Shown here one piece after another: positions 11,547-24,899 of a stretch of 64,000 bases of DNA. A program made the position numbers and the translations under genes. The DNA is taken from the NCBI GenBank assembly GCA_964252035.1, contig OZ176214.1. The stretch is one strand, 5' to 3'. The stretch's first letter is position 1, and each line of letters begins with the position of its first letter. This DNA is from Podarcis erhardii. Taxonomy: Eukaryota. Under the pieces are notes generated by a model, which did not search any database, was not told the DNA's origin, and saw nothing but the letters and a program-made list of their open reading frames with translations.

Positions 11547-14199
11547 ATTTAGTGAAGTAGAGATAATATAGCCAATCTGAGTCAGTAAAGGGCACTTATA
11601 AATAAAAGTGGGACTATTTCTGTTATGTTTACTGTGCCTATTTGAGCTTCCTTTGCAAGTTCCAGAAGCACCCCATCATAAGAGTGTTCTTGCTTCAGTT
11701 CTTTGCCGTGGGAACTGTGGGATTTACATTACGTTTTGTGTTGTTGTTTTTTTGTAATTAAAAATACTCTCTCCAGTTTCCTGATACGATGGACAATGAT
11801 TTATTGTTGTTCCTCAACCTTCCAAATAGTAATAAAGCCGTGACATCCGTTTTAAATGTTACGCTTTCTTACATACGCTAACAAAAATGTTTCCAAAGTT
11901 TTGTGTGCTAAAATGTCTTATTGAAATGACTTGAGCCGACTTGCATGTGGAATCTGAAGGAGTCTTCCTAGTTGTTTCCCTCAGATGGATTTCATGTGAG
12001 GAACAAGCATCTTTCCAAAGATGCAGGCCTTTTTCTCTCTCCCCTGGTGGCCAGTTGTGCTGATTTCGGCCACAGAAATTGTGCTAGCAAATACTGTCTG
12101 CAATACTTGGATCACTTCTTGCAGAATTGCCCCAAACTGCTCAGTTTGAGGCTTCCCAGCCTCCTATTATAGGAGATCATCTGGCTGTGTTGCCTCATAA
12201 AATTTTTAGATAAACCATAGAGGTGCATAGTAGAATGCGAGACATAGAACTTAATATTTTTGAGTAAAATGCTTCTGACTCAAGAGGCTGAGCACATTGC
12301 TTTATAGATCCTTCTTTAAAGAGCAGATTTAGAAGTGCAGATAACTTTGCTTAATATTGATTTTGACACATTGCCCAGAGCTGCTTTGAAATAATAATTC
12401 TCCCCTGGAATTCAACTAGTGTCCCTGCAGCGACTCTCTTGTAAGAGCGTGTATTTAATGTTTTCCCCTCTACATTTTTAAAAGCAATAAACTTCTTAGA
12501 ATTTTTTATACTTTATCAAAATAAACATGATGATATTCTATTCTTGCTTTTACACAACAAAGTCAGGGAGCCTAGAGAATTCTTTAATAATAGCAAGTTC
12601 TTTCCTCACTCATAATTACCTCTGCTGTAGAGACTCAAAGGAAACAAATGTAATATTCTTGTCATAAAAGTGTAGCCTTTTGCACTGTTCAGCGTTTTGA
12701 CACTGAACGAAATCCCATAGAAAAATGTGTATATTTTGAAGTTGAAGGCAATAGAGACTCGCAGTGCCTAAATTTTAGACCAGTTGTTAGAGCCATATTA
12801 ATTCATGACTGAATGGTTTTCTTTAATGGAGCAACTGTGAACTGTTAAAAGAGTTCATAAACTAGCCACTTTACCAGAACTGTGAAATGTGGAAAGCAGT
12901 TCCCTATTGGTTATTTAAAAATAATGCTGGGAAGGGCAGGATGGCTGCTTCTTTCTCTCTTGGGGAGGGGGCACACGTCTTGTATCTTCCTCCTGTTGAA
13001 CTCTTTATTTGAAATAAATAGAATGCCATGGTTTAGTGCCCTCTTATTGCGATTGAGATGAAGGATAAATTGATAGGCTCTGTGAACTCTTGCCCTAGTC
13101 TAGAATGCTCTTGGAACAGGTGCTGGCCGGCCCACACCCTCTCAAAGGGCTCGCAGCCTTTCCATTTTGAAGAGTGGTGTGATGTTTACTGTTCTCTAAT
13201 TACTTTTGTTGCTTCATCTGTGAACTTTGAGAATTCTCTTTATTATTAAATGAGAAACGTCCTTCAGCCTTTTGAATGGACATGAAACTGAACCTGTACT
13301 CTTAAGTTGTTTGGGAGGGGATGGGTGCCAAGTAACTGGGATTGCTTTTTCAGACTTGTGTGTTTGTATGTATTTGTAAAGTGACGTGCAGGGGACTGGA
13401 ACCCGGGCATCTGCTTGTCAGTGTCTGCCTCTTGAGTCAGCAGTCTGCTCCTGGCTCAAGTGGGTGTAGGACAGCTCAAGTTCCAAATTTTCCCCTTTCC
13501 TATGAGCCAGCTGCTGTCCATATTACTACTAGAGAGTGACTCTGAGCATGCTGTGAATTTGAATGTGTGCCAGGGAGGAGAGGAAATCTTTTTTAAAAAG
13601 GAAGATTTTTTGGAATAATGGAATAGAATATGTGTGCTCACTGCAAGATTCTAAGGACTATTACACTTTTTGGTTTGCAAAATGTCAGAGCCAACTGGGG
13701 CAAGCTGGCTTGCAGAATAATTTGAAAAAAGATGGATGTTTTTGGTCTGCAAAATATATTTTCACTTGATTGCTTGTTCAGAAATCGTCAGTGTTCTTCA
13801 AGCTGCCCCTCCATAGAGATCTAGAGGCAACTCCTAGGCATGTCTGTGAGTTGGTTGAATGAGCTGCTGAAGGAACGGGCCTGTGATATCCATAAACAAT
13901 TTTCACCTGAAGTACTTACTTCTGAGCAGCTAGGTATAAAGAGCACTGTGTAAGGGAAGGGGGCGGGAGTTAATAGATTTGTAATGTGATGCAGCTGTGC
14001 TTTCATCTTCTTGTCTTTCATCACCGTTGCCCTGATGCTGCAACACACATGAATTAATCTATACAAGGGCAGACTTGAATTTTCAGTCCAAAAATAGTGC
14101 CCTGATATATCCCACTGTTTCCAGATAAGATCCATCTAGTCCAGCATCTTTCCCCCCACAATGGAGGTCCACCAGTTACAACAGCCCTAATGCTCAGTT

Positions 14200-15430
14200 G
14201 TAAACTGTCTCTATACATGAAGATTCCTTTTAGACGTCATGACCAATAGTCTGTAAACTTGTTCACCTTGGATATGTCCAATTTTTCTTTGAAATGCATC
14301 TAAGCAGCCCATCAACCCATCTTATGGGAAGAATTATATTAACTACACTGTGTGAAGAACTATTTCCTTTTGTCTGTTTTGAATTTACTCCCATTGGGTG
14401 ACCTTTCATTTCATTGGGAGACCTTTCATTTTAAAGCTAGATTAGGGGGAGAGAAAATTCTCTGCTTTCACTTCCTCCATACCATGCATAATTTTACAAC
14501 TATCATGCCGCTGTGAGTTGTCTTTTTTGGAACTAAAACACCTCCATAATTTAGGCTTGCATCATGTGGAAAGGGCTAAAACCCCTCTATGTTTTCATTT
14601 TTGGGATGACCACACCATACATTAAAGGCATTACGATACGGACAGTTTTATTCTCGTTTTCCTAATAAACATTATCATGTAATTTGCCCTTTTCAGTGCT
14701 GCTGTACACAGTCTCTCTCCTAGATAGTCACTGCCAATTCAGACTTCATCACTTTTAAGAGTGAAGTAGAATATTTTTGCTCTAATGTGCATCACATTAT
14801 CTTTTCTTAAACTGAACCTCATCTGCCATTTTACTGCACATTTGCTCCATTTGGAGAGATGCTTAACAGTCTGCTTGAATTTTCACTATTCCTGAGTAAT
14901 TTGAAACAAAACAAATTCCTTCCAGTAGCACCTTAAAGACCAACTAAGTCAGTTCTTGGTATGAGCTTTCGTGTGCATGCACACGAAAGCTCATACCAAG
15001 AACTGACTTAGTTGGTCTTTAAGGTGCTACTAGAAGGAATTTGTTTTGTTTTGACTATGGCAGACCAACACGGCTACCTATCTGTACTTGAGTAATTTGG
15101 TTTGATTTGCAATGTTGGCTACCTCACCTGTCACCACTGGCTCTAATTGTGAACAAGTTACTTAGCATTGGTCTCAATGCTGATTCCTCAGGACCCGACT
15201 GTTAACTTTTCAAACAGTTGTTGGTATCCAGCATATTCCACAGTGCTGTCTAGCAAAGAATTCCTCTAGCCTTCCTCTTTAGAGAAGTCCTCTTCAGTCT
15301 TCCTGTTTAAATCCTTTGCCATCCAACAATCTTGACTGCCTCACCAGCTGATTTCCTGCTTCCAAATTTTAACATATGTTTTTGTTGTTGGTAGTGATAT
15401 TTTTAGCAGTGTGCTCCTCAAAGCCCACTT
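14200..15430 (-). mobile_element. Old CR1 LINE fragment, interrupted by a Penelope-type insertion
   Basis: Reverse-strand similarity to the CR1 3' region (tgtgtgaagaactatttccttttgtctgttttgaattt...). Boundaries approximate. Confidence 0.6.
14904..15088. mobile_element. Penelope-like element remnant, inverted pseudo-LTR (74-bp-arm palindrome)
   Basis: Arms 14904-14977 and 14978-15051 with one mismatch. An 11-bp TSD TGAGTAATTTG lies at 14893-14903 and 15089-15099. Same family as 62958-63203. Confidence 0.8.
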
Positions 15431-15505
15431 CCACAATAAATCCATGATATTCACATCCTTGTTAGCTGTTTGTTCTTCTCCACCCACTCTGCTCCCTTCC
15501 CAGTA

Positions 15506-15616
15506 CAGTGGCAGCGGGAGGCCCCATTAGCTAAAGTGGTGCTTCAGGTTAAGAACAGTTTCAGGTTAAGAACAGACCTCCAGAACGAATTAAGTTCTTA
15601 ACCCGAGGTACCACTG
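15506..15616. mobile_element. Internally deleted Tc1/mariner MITE
   Basis: TA-cagtgg...cccgaggtaccactg-TA. Shares internal sequence with the copies at 26195 and 63844. Confidence 0.8.
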
Positions 15617-16799
15617 TATTGAAATTCTGCTTGAAGCTCCCTGGTACAGGGGCCTGTTGCTTTTGATTATGGAACTCTGAAAAGCTCCAGCTACTTTGTT
15701 AGCTGTGTATGAATATTATTTACATTATTGTCACTAAAAAAGAAAAAAGACCAGCCATGGTATCTCATTCTAGAAGTTCTAAGCTTTAGGGCACAATTAG
15801 TAAAACCCTGTTACTGCTTTTCAGTCTGATTTGTGGGAAACCTGCTCCTTGACAGAAACAAGGTAATTAGTTAGTCCCAGAGAATCCATGAAAAACTCTT
15901 GGCCTCCTAGTCTTTGATTTTCTCACTCAACAACCTGTGCTTAATCTTTGTTGCCAGAGCAAAAGAAGGTATCCCTGTGTGCAAGATCTTGGTGATGGAG
16001 TGTGTTTCAGGCTCCCAGTTGGGCCAGGCAGAGCTTACTATACTAAAACATTTATGTAGAGTTCTTCGTACATCAGAAATGAGTAGTGGATTCTTTTTCT
16101 TTCCTTTGCAGACTCTGTTTAATCAGTTTGGAAAATCTAAGCGATGACTTTTAGCTCTTAGAGGATTAAGAACCAGAGCTGCTTTTTGTGGCAAGTTGTA
16201 TATGTTAAAGTCAGCCCTACATTAGTAAATAAACTCTGTTACCATAATCATCGTACTTAGTGTAAGTGCTTCTTGGGTGAATATTAAAGATCTGTTAATC
16301 TTTATGGTATTTATAGGATAATTTTTTAACTCGCTTGAGCTTCTTACTGCTTTCACAGGTCAATTACCCCAATTAATAACATCTTGTCAGCTATAAGAAC
16401 ATTGCCATCCAACAGTACAGTGCAGATTGTAATTTTTTTACCTGCTTGATTTGATTCTTCAGACTTTCTTCTCCCTTAGTGATTGAGGCTTGAGGTTTAA
16501 TTCTTCTTATTTGATGTCTCACTTCATAGCCTCCATGAAGTCCCTATACAGTTCATGTCTGGTGGGCTGCATTCAGCTTGGTGGGCCATCAGATGTGTAG
16601 GCATGTAATAAGTGCTTTTGTTAGTACAGAATGAGGAAATGGTAGTTACTCCAGATTAATTTGCTCAAAATACAAAGGTATGATATGAGGTGCTCCTTTT
16701 ATTTTTCATGCTTTCTTTTTGGAATGGTTAATTGCTTCCATTTTTCAAAAGGCCACAAAAGAAACTTTAAATAATCCAAGGGAATCAAAACAGCATTTC

Positions 16800-17107
16800 A
16801 GCAGGGGGCTGGTCCACTGTCCTTCAGACCTTGTGGGGGGCCGGGCTATATTTTTTTTTTGGGGGGGGGAAATGAACAAATTCCTATGCCCCACAAATAA
16901 CTCAGAGATGCATTTTAAATAAAAGCACACATTCTACTCATGTAAAAACACTAGGCAGGCCCCACAAATATCCCAGAGATGCATTTTAAATAAAAGGACA
17001 CATTCTACTCATGTAAAAACACACTGATTCCCGGACCGTCTGTGGGCCGGATTGAGAAGGTGATTGGGCCAGATCTGGCCCCCGGGCCTTAGTTTGCCTG
17101 TCCATGG
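16800..17107. mobile_element. hAT-type MITE remnant with an internal 71-bp tandem duplication (units start 16888 and 16959)
   Basis: gccccacaaata...cattctactcatgtaaaaacac occurs twice. The right end reads gggccttagtttgcctgtccatg. Confidence 0.55.
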
Positions 17108-17114
17108 TGTATAT

Positions 17115-17530
17115 TATAGTACATTTCAAAATGGATCTTTTAGAGCTGGAAAAGATTCAGAAAAGGGCAAACAAAATGATTGTGCAACTGGAACAACTCC
17201 CCATGAGTAAAGTTTACAACAATTGGGGATTTTTAGTTTAGAAAAATTATGCTGGGTGTGGTGTGAAGAAAGGGGATAGAGACATGTTTCCTTCTCTCAT
17301 AACACTGGAATCTGAGGTCATTCAGTGAAATTGAACCACTTTGTGAGGTCCACCCGAAAAGTGGTGTATAAATAAATAAAGTAAATTGAATATTGGAAGA
17401 TTAGGACGGACAAAAGGAAATACAACTTCATGCAGTGCATACTTAACCTTTTGGAATTTACTGCAGTAAAATGTAGTGATGGCCACTAACTTGAATGGTT
17501 TTAAAAAGGATTTAGCCATGAATTTGTCTA
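17115..17530 (+). mobile_element. CR1 LINE 3' fragment
   Basis: agctggaaaagattcagaaaagggcaaacaaaatgatt...gggatttttagtttagaaaa resembles the CR1 ORF2 C-terminus (LE.VQ.RA.KMI..L..FSLE). Confidence 0.7.
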
Positions 17531-19854
17531 CTGATGGCTATTAGCCATCATGGCTGGGTATTACCTCTAGTATCTGAACTGGTCTGCCTCTGAATGCCAA
17601 CTGCTGGGGGGCACAGGTGAGAGAGTGCTGTTCTCCCTCCTTGTGTCCTGCAAGTAGGCTTCCCCTAGGAATCTGGCTGGCCACTATGGGAACAGAATGC
17701 TGGGCTAGGTGAGCCTTTGGCCTGATCCAGTAGGCCCCCTCTTATGCTCTTATGTACTGTTGCTCGCTCTTATGTACTGTAGGTGTAAGGCTGGTTGTGG
17801 ATCAGCTAATACATGTTCCCCAGACCACAAACACTGGTGTATCAGTATGGTCAGTGTTGCCATGTACTGGGCATGGAATGGAAGAAATGAATAATCAAGA
17901 GGAGTTGTATATTACTCAGCTACTGTGATAAAATAAAATGTATTCAGTTTTGTCTTATGGAGCACTGCTGCTTCAGGGATGTTCACTGTTCCTGTGGCCT
18001 CTTTAGGTAATAAACGTACGTAGAAATGTGAGTAAAATAATTTATCTTGTGGGAGTGGAGTCTTCTGTGGGAATACAATCTCAAACTGAAAACTAATAAA
18101 AACACAAGGAGAGACTATAAAAATTACAAGATATATTCCGATTAGTTTTTAAGCTCTCTTTAGTCAAACAGGCAGTGAGATTCCAACCATTTTCAGTTAG
18201 GGATAGATGTTAACAGTGTATTTTTAAGACTTTCCATCTTCCTCCTTCCCACCAGCGGCCAGATTTTGCTTTTCTCTTAAAATTTCATACTGTAGGTCTA
18301 GGGAAAGCTAAGCGGAAAATTTGATTCAGTGACCAAATCATGAGTGTCTGCAGAAAATCTCACCTGGATGCTAATTCGGACATTCATGCTATGCTAGGAA
18401 AATTTTAAGAAAAAGCCTAGTGTAGCACTCAGCTGCTGAAAGATATTTCTTCAGTTATCTAGGAACATTGAAGTGTAGTCTTCAGGGTTTTCCTCTCTTA
18501 TGGCTTCCCCTTGTATACATGTAAGATGAAACTTCTCCTGGCAAAAGCAGCAATCACAGCAGCTCTTTGAGGATCTAATAAGTCCCCCAAGGAGTTGCTG
18601 TTCTAGTTACTTTCCTTTCTTTTCAGTGGAAAACTAATTCTTTCTCATGGAGGACAGCAACTTGTGTAATATTCTTGGGTATACAACACACCGCAGAGAG
18701 TTTCGTGTTGGCTAATGCAACTGTATTTATAACTCTCTCAAAGACATAGCTGTCCCCTTGAATCGCTGGTGGTGTAAGAAAGTTTCAATGAAGGGGCTTC
18801 CTTTTGTATACGTGTTACTTTTCCATGACCCTTTAATGGATAAGAAAAATGGAGCAATGAAGGCCCTTTATCTTCAGACATTCTGCAATAACTGCATGCA
18901 GTACTTTAGTATCTTTCACACTACTGGTACCAGCAGCCAGCAAAGATGGGAATCTAATTCAGTGTTGAGGTGCACATTCATTAGTATACAAACCTAAGGG
19001 CTATAACAGGTGTTTCTGTCTTCAAGCACATTGTAAAATAATCTAAAAAGCACATAGGTAGCCAGGTGGAATATGGATGACTCTGTCTCTAATGTCTACT
19101 GCAGTGGGTCTTGGGTGTGTTTGCTTTCATTGTAATGGTACACACAGTCTGAGACATACCTCATCTCCTTTTCTTATAGTATCATCTCTCAAAAAATTTT
19201 TTTTCCCAAGGCTGAGAAAGCTAGAATCCAGGGCAACAGAGCTGATAGCCAATTGCTGAGCCAACTCCAAGAAAGACTGAAATTTGTGTGAGGCGAAAAC
19301 ACTCTTCCTTGAGCTACTTCCTCTCTTAAAGCAGACACCATGCTTTTTGTCCACCAAAGAAACGCTGGTGTGTGCTTTACAGCACAAGTACATAAACAAC
19401 TTTTCAGATTTTTAGGCTCCATTTGAGCCGCTTCATTATTGCAGCCCTGGGAATAGAAACTGCCCATAATGTGATGTGTTTGCTGCCCCACCCCGCTAGG
19501 ATTTACTTCTGAACTTTTTCATCCCTCCTGTTTTATATTGATAAGACCTGTTACATCAGGTTTATAATACTTTCCCTCCAAATACCAGTTTGTTTATGCA
19601 CATAGCTAAGCATCACTGCCAGCAGATTTTTTTGTTCAGCATATAGGTTCAAGTACATACAAGTCATTGTTAGTGGCAGGAAGTGTTGCAGCTGCATGAA
19701 CAATATATGGTATTTTTACAGTGTTTGTTTGTTTGTTTATTATATCCTGCCTTTCCCCCAGAGCAGAGACTCAAGGCAGTTCACGGAAATGAAAATAAAC
19801 ATGAATAAAAAAATATATTAATTGAGACACAAGTTTAATATTCCCACAGAATGT

Positions 19855-20900
19855 AGATGTAGTAGTAGCAGTAGTAGTAGTAGTAGTAGTAGTAGTAAGA
19901 ATTTATTACTTAAAAACTTCCTGATACAGGACTGCCTTCAGATTCCTATGGAAAGTCATATAATTTCTTTGACATCTGATGGGAGGGCGTTCCACCAGAC
20001 AGGCACCACTGGCGAGAAGGCCCTCTGCCAGGTTCCCAATAACTTCACTTCTTGCAGTGAGGGAACTACCAGAAAGCCCTCAGGAGTTAGATCTCAGTGT
20101 CCAAGCTAAGCAATGTGGGTGTAAATGCTCCTTTAGGTATACCGGGCCAAGGCTGTTTAAAGGTCAGCACCAACAATTTGAATTGTTCTGGGAAACATCC
20201 TGGGAGTCAGTTTTTCAAAACCAGTGTTATATGGTCTTGGCAGCCACTCCCAGTCACCAGTCTGGGAGTCACATTCTGGATTAGTTGTTTCTGAGTCACC
20301 CTCAAAGGTAGCCCCACACAGAGCTCATTGCAGTAGTAGTCCAAGTGGGAAATTACCAGAACATGCACCACTCGGGTGAGACAGTGTGCAGGCAGGGATG
20401 GTCTCAGATGGAGCTGGTAGACAGCTGCTCTAGACACAGAATTAAAGTGTGACACCATGGACAGCTTTGAGTCCAAAATGACTCCCAGGCTGCGCACCTG
20501 GTCTTTCAGGGCACAGTTACCCCATTCAGGACCAGTTATTCCCTCGCACCTGCCCGCCCCCGTCCGCCAAAAACAGTCCTTCTGTCTTGTTGGGATTCAG
20601 TTAATTATATCTAAACTTGCACTGTATGCACAGTGCTCAGGGCAGCTTCCAACTGTTTTTTAAAAATAAAATCCAACAAATTAACACAGTAGTCAAACAG
20701 TAACAAAAATTTACAACACTAGAGCAGTCAAGTACAGCAAATAAATCCAATATGAAAATGAAGGAGTTGGTCCCATCCACCAGGTCAAATACCTTCTGGA
20801 TAGGTCTTGGCCAGGCTGCAGAAAGCAAGATAGCTGAACCTCCTGAGTTTGGGACTTCTGCAGCCTCAGTGTGGACAAACGGCCTTCTTCTGCATCTTAG
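19855..20900 (-). mobile_element. L2 LINE fragments with (TAG)n tail
   Basis: ORF RSLGVILDSKLSMVSHFNSVSRAA.YQL...LVISHLDYYCN.L.VGLPL...QLIQN is the L2 ORF2 C-terminal region. Confidence 0.85.
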
Positions 20901-23900
20901 GAGGAGCTTCCCATGATCTTGGCACCACCCCTTTAGTATCTGAGCCGATTATATTTGGGACTTTAATCACAACAGTTTGCTAATTCATTTCCAGGTACAA
21001 TTCAATCAAATTATAAAATGGGTGTAATAAGCTCGCATAGACAAGTACTGTACCCACTAAAACCTTTGTTGCCACCATCTGAACAGAGAACAAAAGGCAC
21101 CAAATTAGTTGTTGTTTAAGGTCCAATTCCTTCTCTGACATGAATGCCAAAAGAAGCTTTACTTTGAGATTCAGCTTTTTAAAATAACTTTTAAAAGGTC
21201 TTCTCTGTTTAATGAAATGCAAGATGGACATCTAGATTCTGCCATTTTACACTGTTGGGACCAATAATAAACATTTTAACTTTAACCATTGTAGTTTGGT
21301 GTGGAGAGCAAAATGTTAGGTGTATTTTAGTATAAAAAGCAAGTCTGACTATTTCTGGCAAATAGCTGCTGCCCTTCTCCATATGTGTGTGGTGTTCAGT
21401 AATCTGAAGTTACCTGCATAAAGTCTTCAGAGAGATGAAACTTTCGTGCTGTTACAAATCACAAAATATAAAATCCAAATCAGAGTGAACACTAAAGTGA
21501 AGATTTCTTTCTTGCACTCCAGTACACTTTTCTTTCTTTTTTCTTGTAAATGATATGGGCAGCTTTAAAACAAACAAGCAAAAGCACTAAAATTCGAGTA
21601 AAATGTGGAAGGGTCATTTGAGGCCAGATTAAATTGGTCTGTAAATATAGCTCACATTTGGTCGTCCTTGATCTTTATTACAGGAAAGTGGTGAAAGTTG
21701 AATACATGGAGGAAGTTCATTTTTGGTAGTTAAAAAACCTCTACCAAAAATGCACTGCTTCAATGTCTTGGTGAATGGAAATGACGATACACACTACTCT
21801 CTAGAAAGAAGTTGTGTTCATTGGAGCTTTTTGTGAATGAATAAATGCAGCATAGAAACATCTTACTATATTTCTGTTGAAAGATTAATCTTGCTGACTA
21901 AACGTAAACATGAGCTGGGTGGAGAATTTCTTTAAACAGGATGGGAAACTTGCCACAAATATTTAAATATAGGCTAGCAGCATTTGTTTTTTTGACGTCT
22001 AGAATGAGCCAACTCTGGCTAACTTCACATTTGTTGAGTTAACAAATGTTTGGGATTTCTCTTTGTTTTTTGTTTTTTAACTTAACATTCCAAAGTTGGT
22101 GTTTGAACAGAAGGTGAGGTTTAGCTCTTTGCCTCTGTTGATGCTCTGGTAAAGCTTACTTATATCTTGAACAAAGCCCTAACTATATTACTTTCTCCCC
22201 TGACCCCCTGCATTAATTGTTCTGCCATTCATGAAATTGTGTGTATGGTTAAATGAGCAGAGCAGCTTTGGTTTTCAACTTTAAGTTACTGTTTTGTTGG
22301 GAAAGCACCTTGTGGCACCTTTACGATAAACAGATTTGTTGTGGCAAAATCAGCAGGTGCACATGCAGGGCTAAGTTACTATGAACTGCATGGGGTAGCA
22401 GTGATTGTTCGGTTGTGTAATTTAAGGATAGAGTGACCCTTGAGAACAACTTCATCAGGGGTTTTCCCTTAGAACCCTGTCCTCCTTCTAGTGTTTAATA
22501 TTGAATCTCTATTTTTAAAAATTGTGTCCTTTTTGCAGTCTTTTATTACAGATTAGGAAATTTTGTGGTCTCTCTCCAGTCCTCTATGTAGGTTCTGTGC
22601 CTGTGGCAAGTATCCCTCTACAGGATTCCAGGGCTGTAGCCAGGAAACTGGTTCTTGCATCTGCTCCCCTTGAGAACACTCTTGTAGTAATCTGCACAAG
22701 CTTCCAGGGGTGTTTAGCTTCTGGCTCGGATCTTAGAGCGTTGCCTATGCTGGACAGATGTCCCACTATAAGCTTTGTTGGTTTTCAGTATATCTCAAAT
22801 GCTATATAGACAGTGACATCTCCTTTGAAAGGCACTGAGGCACTACTGTGTTTCCTTGCCAGCCCTTCTGCATTTCTTCACATTGAAGAAGAAGAAAGTT
22901 TTAAAAACAAATGTTCAGCGTTTATTTTTGAGGCTTTAGCCATATTTCTGGGTAATAATGTAAGCATTTAAAAATATTCTCTGTTTGTAAATTGTGTAAA
23001 GATTCCCCAAGTGTCATTAACACGCCAGAATGAATCCCTGCCCCTTTCATGCAAGGCAGATAATTGGGAATAAGAAAGGAGCAGATTATTTGTTAAGGTC
23101 TAAGAGAGAGAACCTGAGGATGGAAAATTTTAAAAGTGGCAGAAAAGAGCAGCCCTGTCCCACATCACCAAGCAATATAATTGGTAAGCCATTGTGGGTG
23201 TGGGAATGCATCATATTCATAAGTTTCCGTAGAAAGGCCTGGAAAATCTGTGGTTGCCATAAGCAGGGGAAAGGCAACGTTCCTTTAAAGGCAGTCCTCA
23301 CAATTTGAGAACACTTGCAAACCATGCAAACTCCTACTTTTGTGGATACCCTCTCAAGCTGTAGCAGGAACATGTATGCTGTAGAAAGTCAGGAGAAGGT
23401 CAGCTATAGGAATTGAAAGAAGTCTTACTGATTTTTTGTACAATTCCCTTACGCTCCCTAGGACTCTTTTGTCTATTGCCATCTCTCTTATCAGTGCTTA
23501 GGTCCTGAAAGGTGTGTGTTACTATATTGCCATATATCTGTGTGTCTTTTCGTCTTAAACTGCTCTGCTTATGGTGAGTTTGACTCATCTTGAACCGATT
23601 CCTGAGAAAGGCAAGCAAAGGAGTTAAAAGTTGTGAGGGATTTACTGTAAATGCTCCTTGCTTTTGGAAGTGCTGACAGAAGCTTAATTGTTAGGTTCAA
23701 GTATATTTGTCATGTGGCAGACAGTGTCAGTCTGCTTGCAGTGAACCGGTTATGTATGTACTTCCACCCAGAAGAAGTGAGAGCGCGAGAAGCCAGAGGC
23801 TGCTTGTGTGTTTTCTGTTTGCTTGTGTTGCAGGAGGGGATGCGGGGAGGCACTGCTGTTTAACCTAGCTGGTAATTACGTTCTACAAGAAGGCATATAT

Positions 23901-24899
23901 TACTGTTGTTTGCTTTGCCAAAGCTCTTCAGCATGATGGATGAGATTTAAAGGTTGATCTGACTAAATTGCAGTGAGAATACTAACGACAAAGATATTTC
24001 TTTTGTGAAATATTCCTACAAGACATCATGGCTGTGGCATAAATGCTGTAAGATAATGGACAATAAAAGTCACTCAGAAATAAGACTCTCCCAGGGTAGG
24101 GCTGCTGCCTTGTCACACACGTACAGAGCCAGGAGATAATGTAATCACAAGCCAGGGCCATCATTTAAATATATCAGTAATCTTGTATAGCATCTTGACA
24201 GATTTATTTTATGAGCCGGCAAGAGAGAGAACATTATCAGGCAGCAGAGAGAGAAAGGAAGGCAGAATCGTTTTGGTGCTTAGTTTTCAAAATAGTTTCA
24301 GTCACTTTGTTCTTTCATGGAGGCCTCAGTAAAAGTTGTTCTGCTTCTTTTACACATATATTCCACCTCAGTCCCAAATACATTTTTGTGAAAATAAAGC
24401 CTATAGATTGCAATTGACCTTATAGAAGTGTCTTTCACACTTGCAATTTCTGTAAAACTTTAGTATTAAGTGAGATCCAAACACTGCTCACTGAGTGGAA
24501 GTACTGTACTGTACTTCAGTTTCCATGAGCTGCCCTTTGTTTTGGCTGACAAAGCATAATAATGTCACTTTGCTATTGATTTATCAAGGTTCCCCCCCCC
24601 CCTTATTGCCAACCTGTAGCTGAAAAAGAGTGCTATGGCACCTCAGAAATGAAAGAGCAACATGTTTTAAGCAGTGAACATGAGCCAGTCTTGCCAGCCT
24701 ATTCTCTGCACTAGCCAGCCTTCTTCCCTACCACAGCTTGCCTTTGGCCGGCAGCCTAGGGTTTCAGGTAGATGGCTCTGGCAAGGAAACATGAAGGAAT
24801 GTTCAATGTGCATATCACTGATGTGCCACTGTATTGCATTCTGCCAGTCAATTGTGCTGGGACAGATTATTTTGCTGGCTTTAGCTAAAGCCAGTGTAG

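Noticed and set aside
11043-11595. ORFs of 92-151 aa
   Set aside because: They lie almost entirely within a GC-rich hAT MITE bounded by TIRs and an 8-bp TSD, and have no transposase motifs.
24211-24417. ORF MSRQEREHYQAAERER..., loosely like the extended N-terminus of a human NEK6 isoform
   Set aside because: It would need a phase-1 donor to join exon 2 in frame and I found none. The similarity is short and within chance.
24737-24767. Possible 31-nt micro-exon (ccacAG|...CAG|GTAGAT)
   Set aside because: The donor is mediocre, and such pairs are common by chance in a 35 kb intron. There is no other support.
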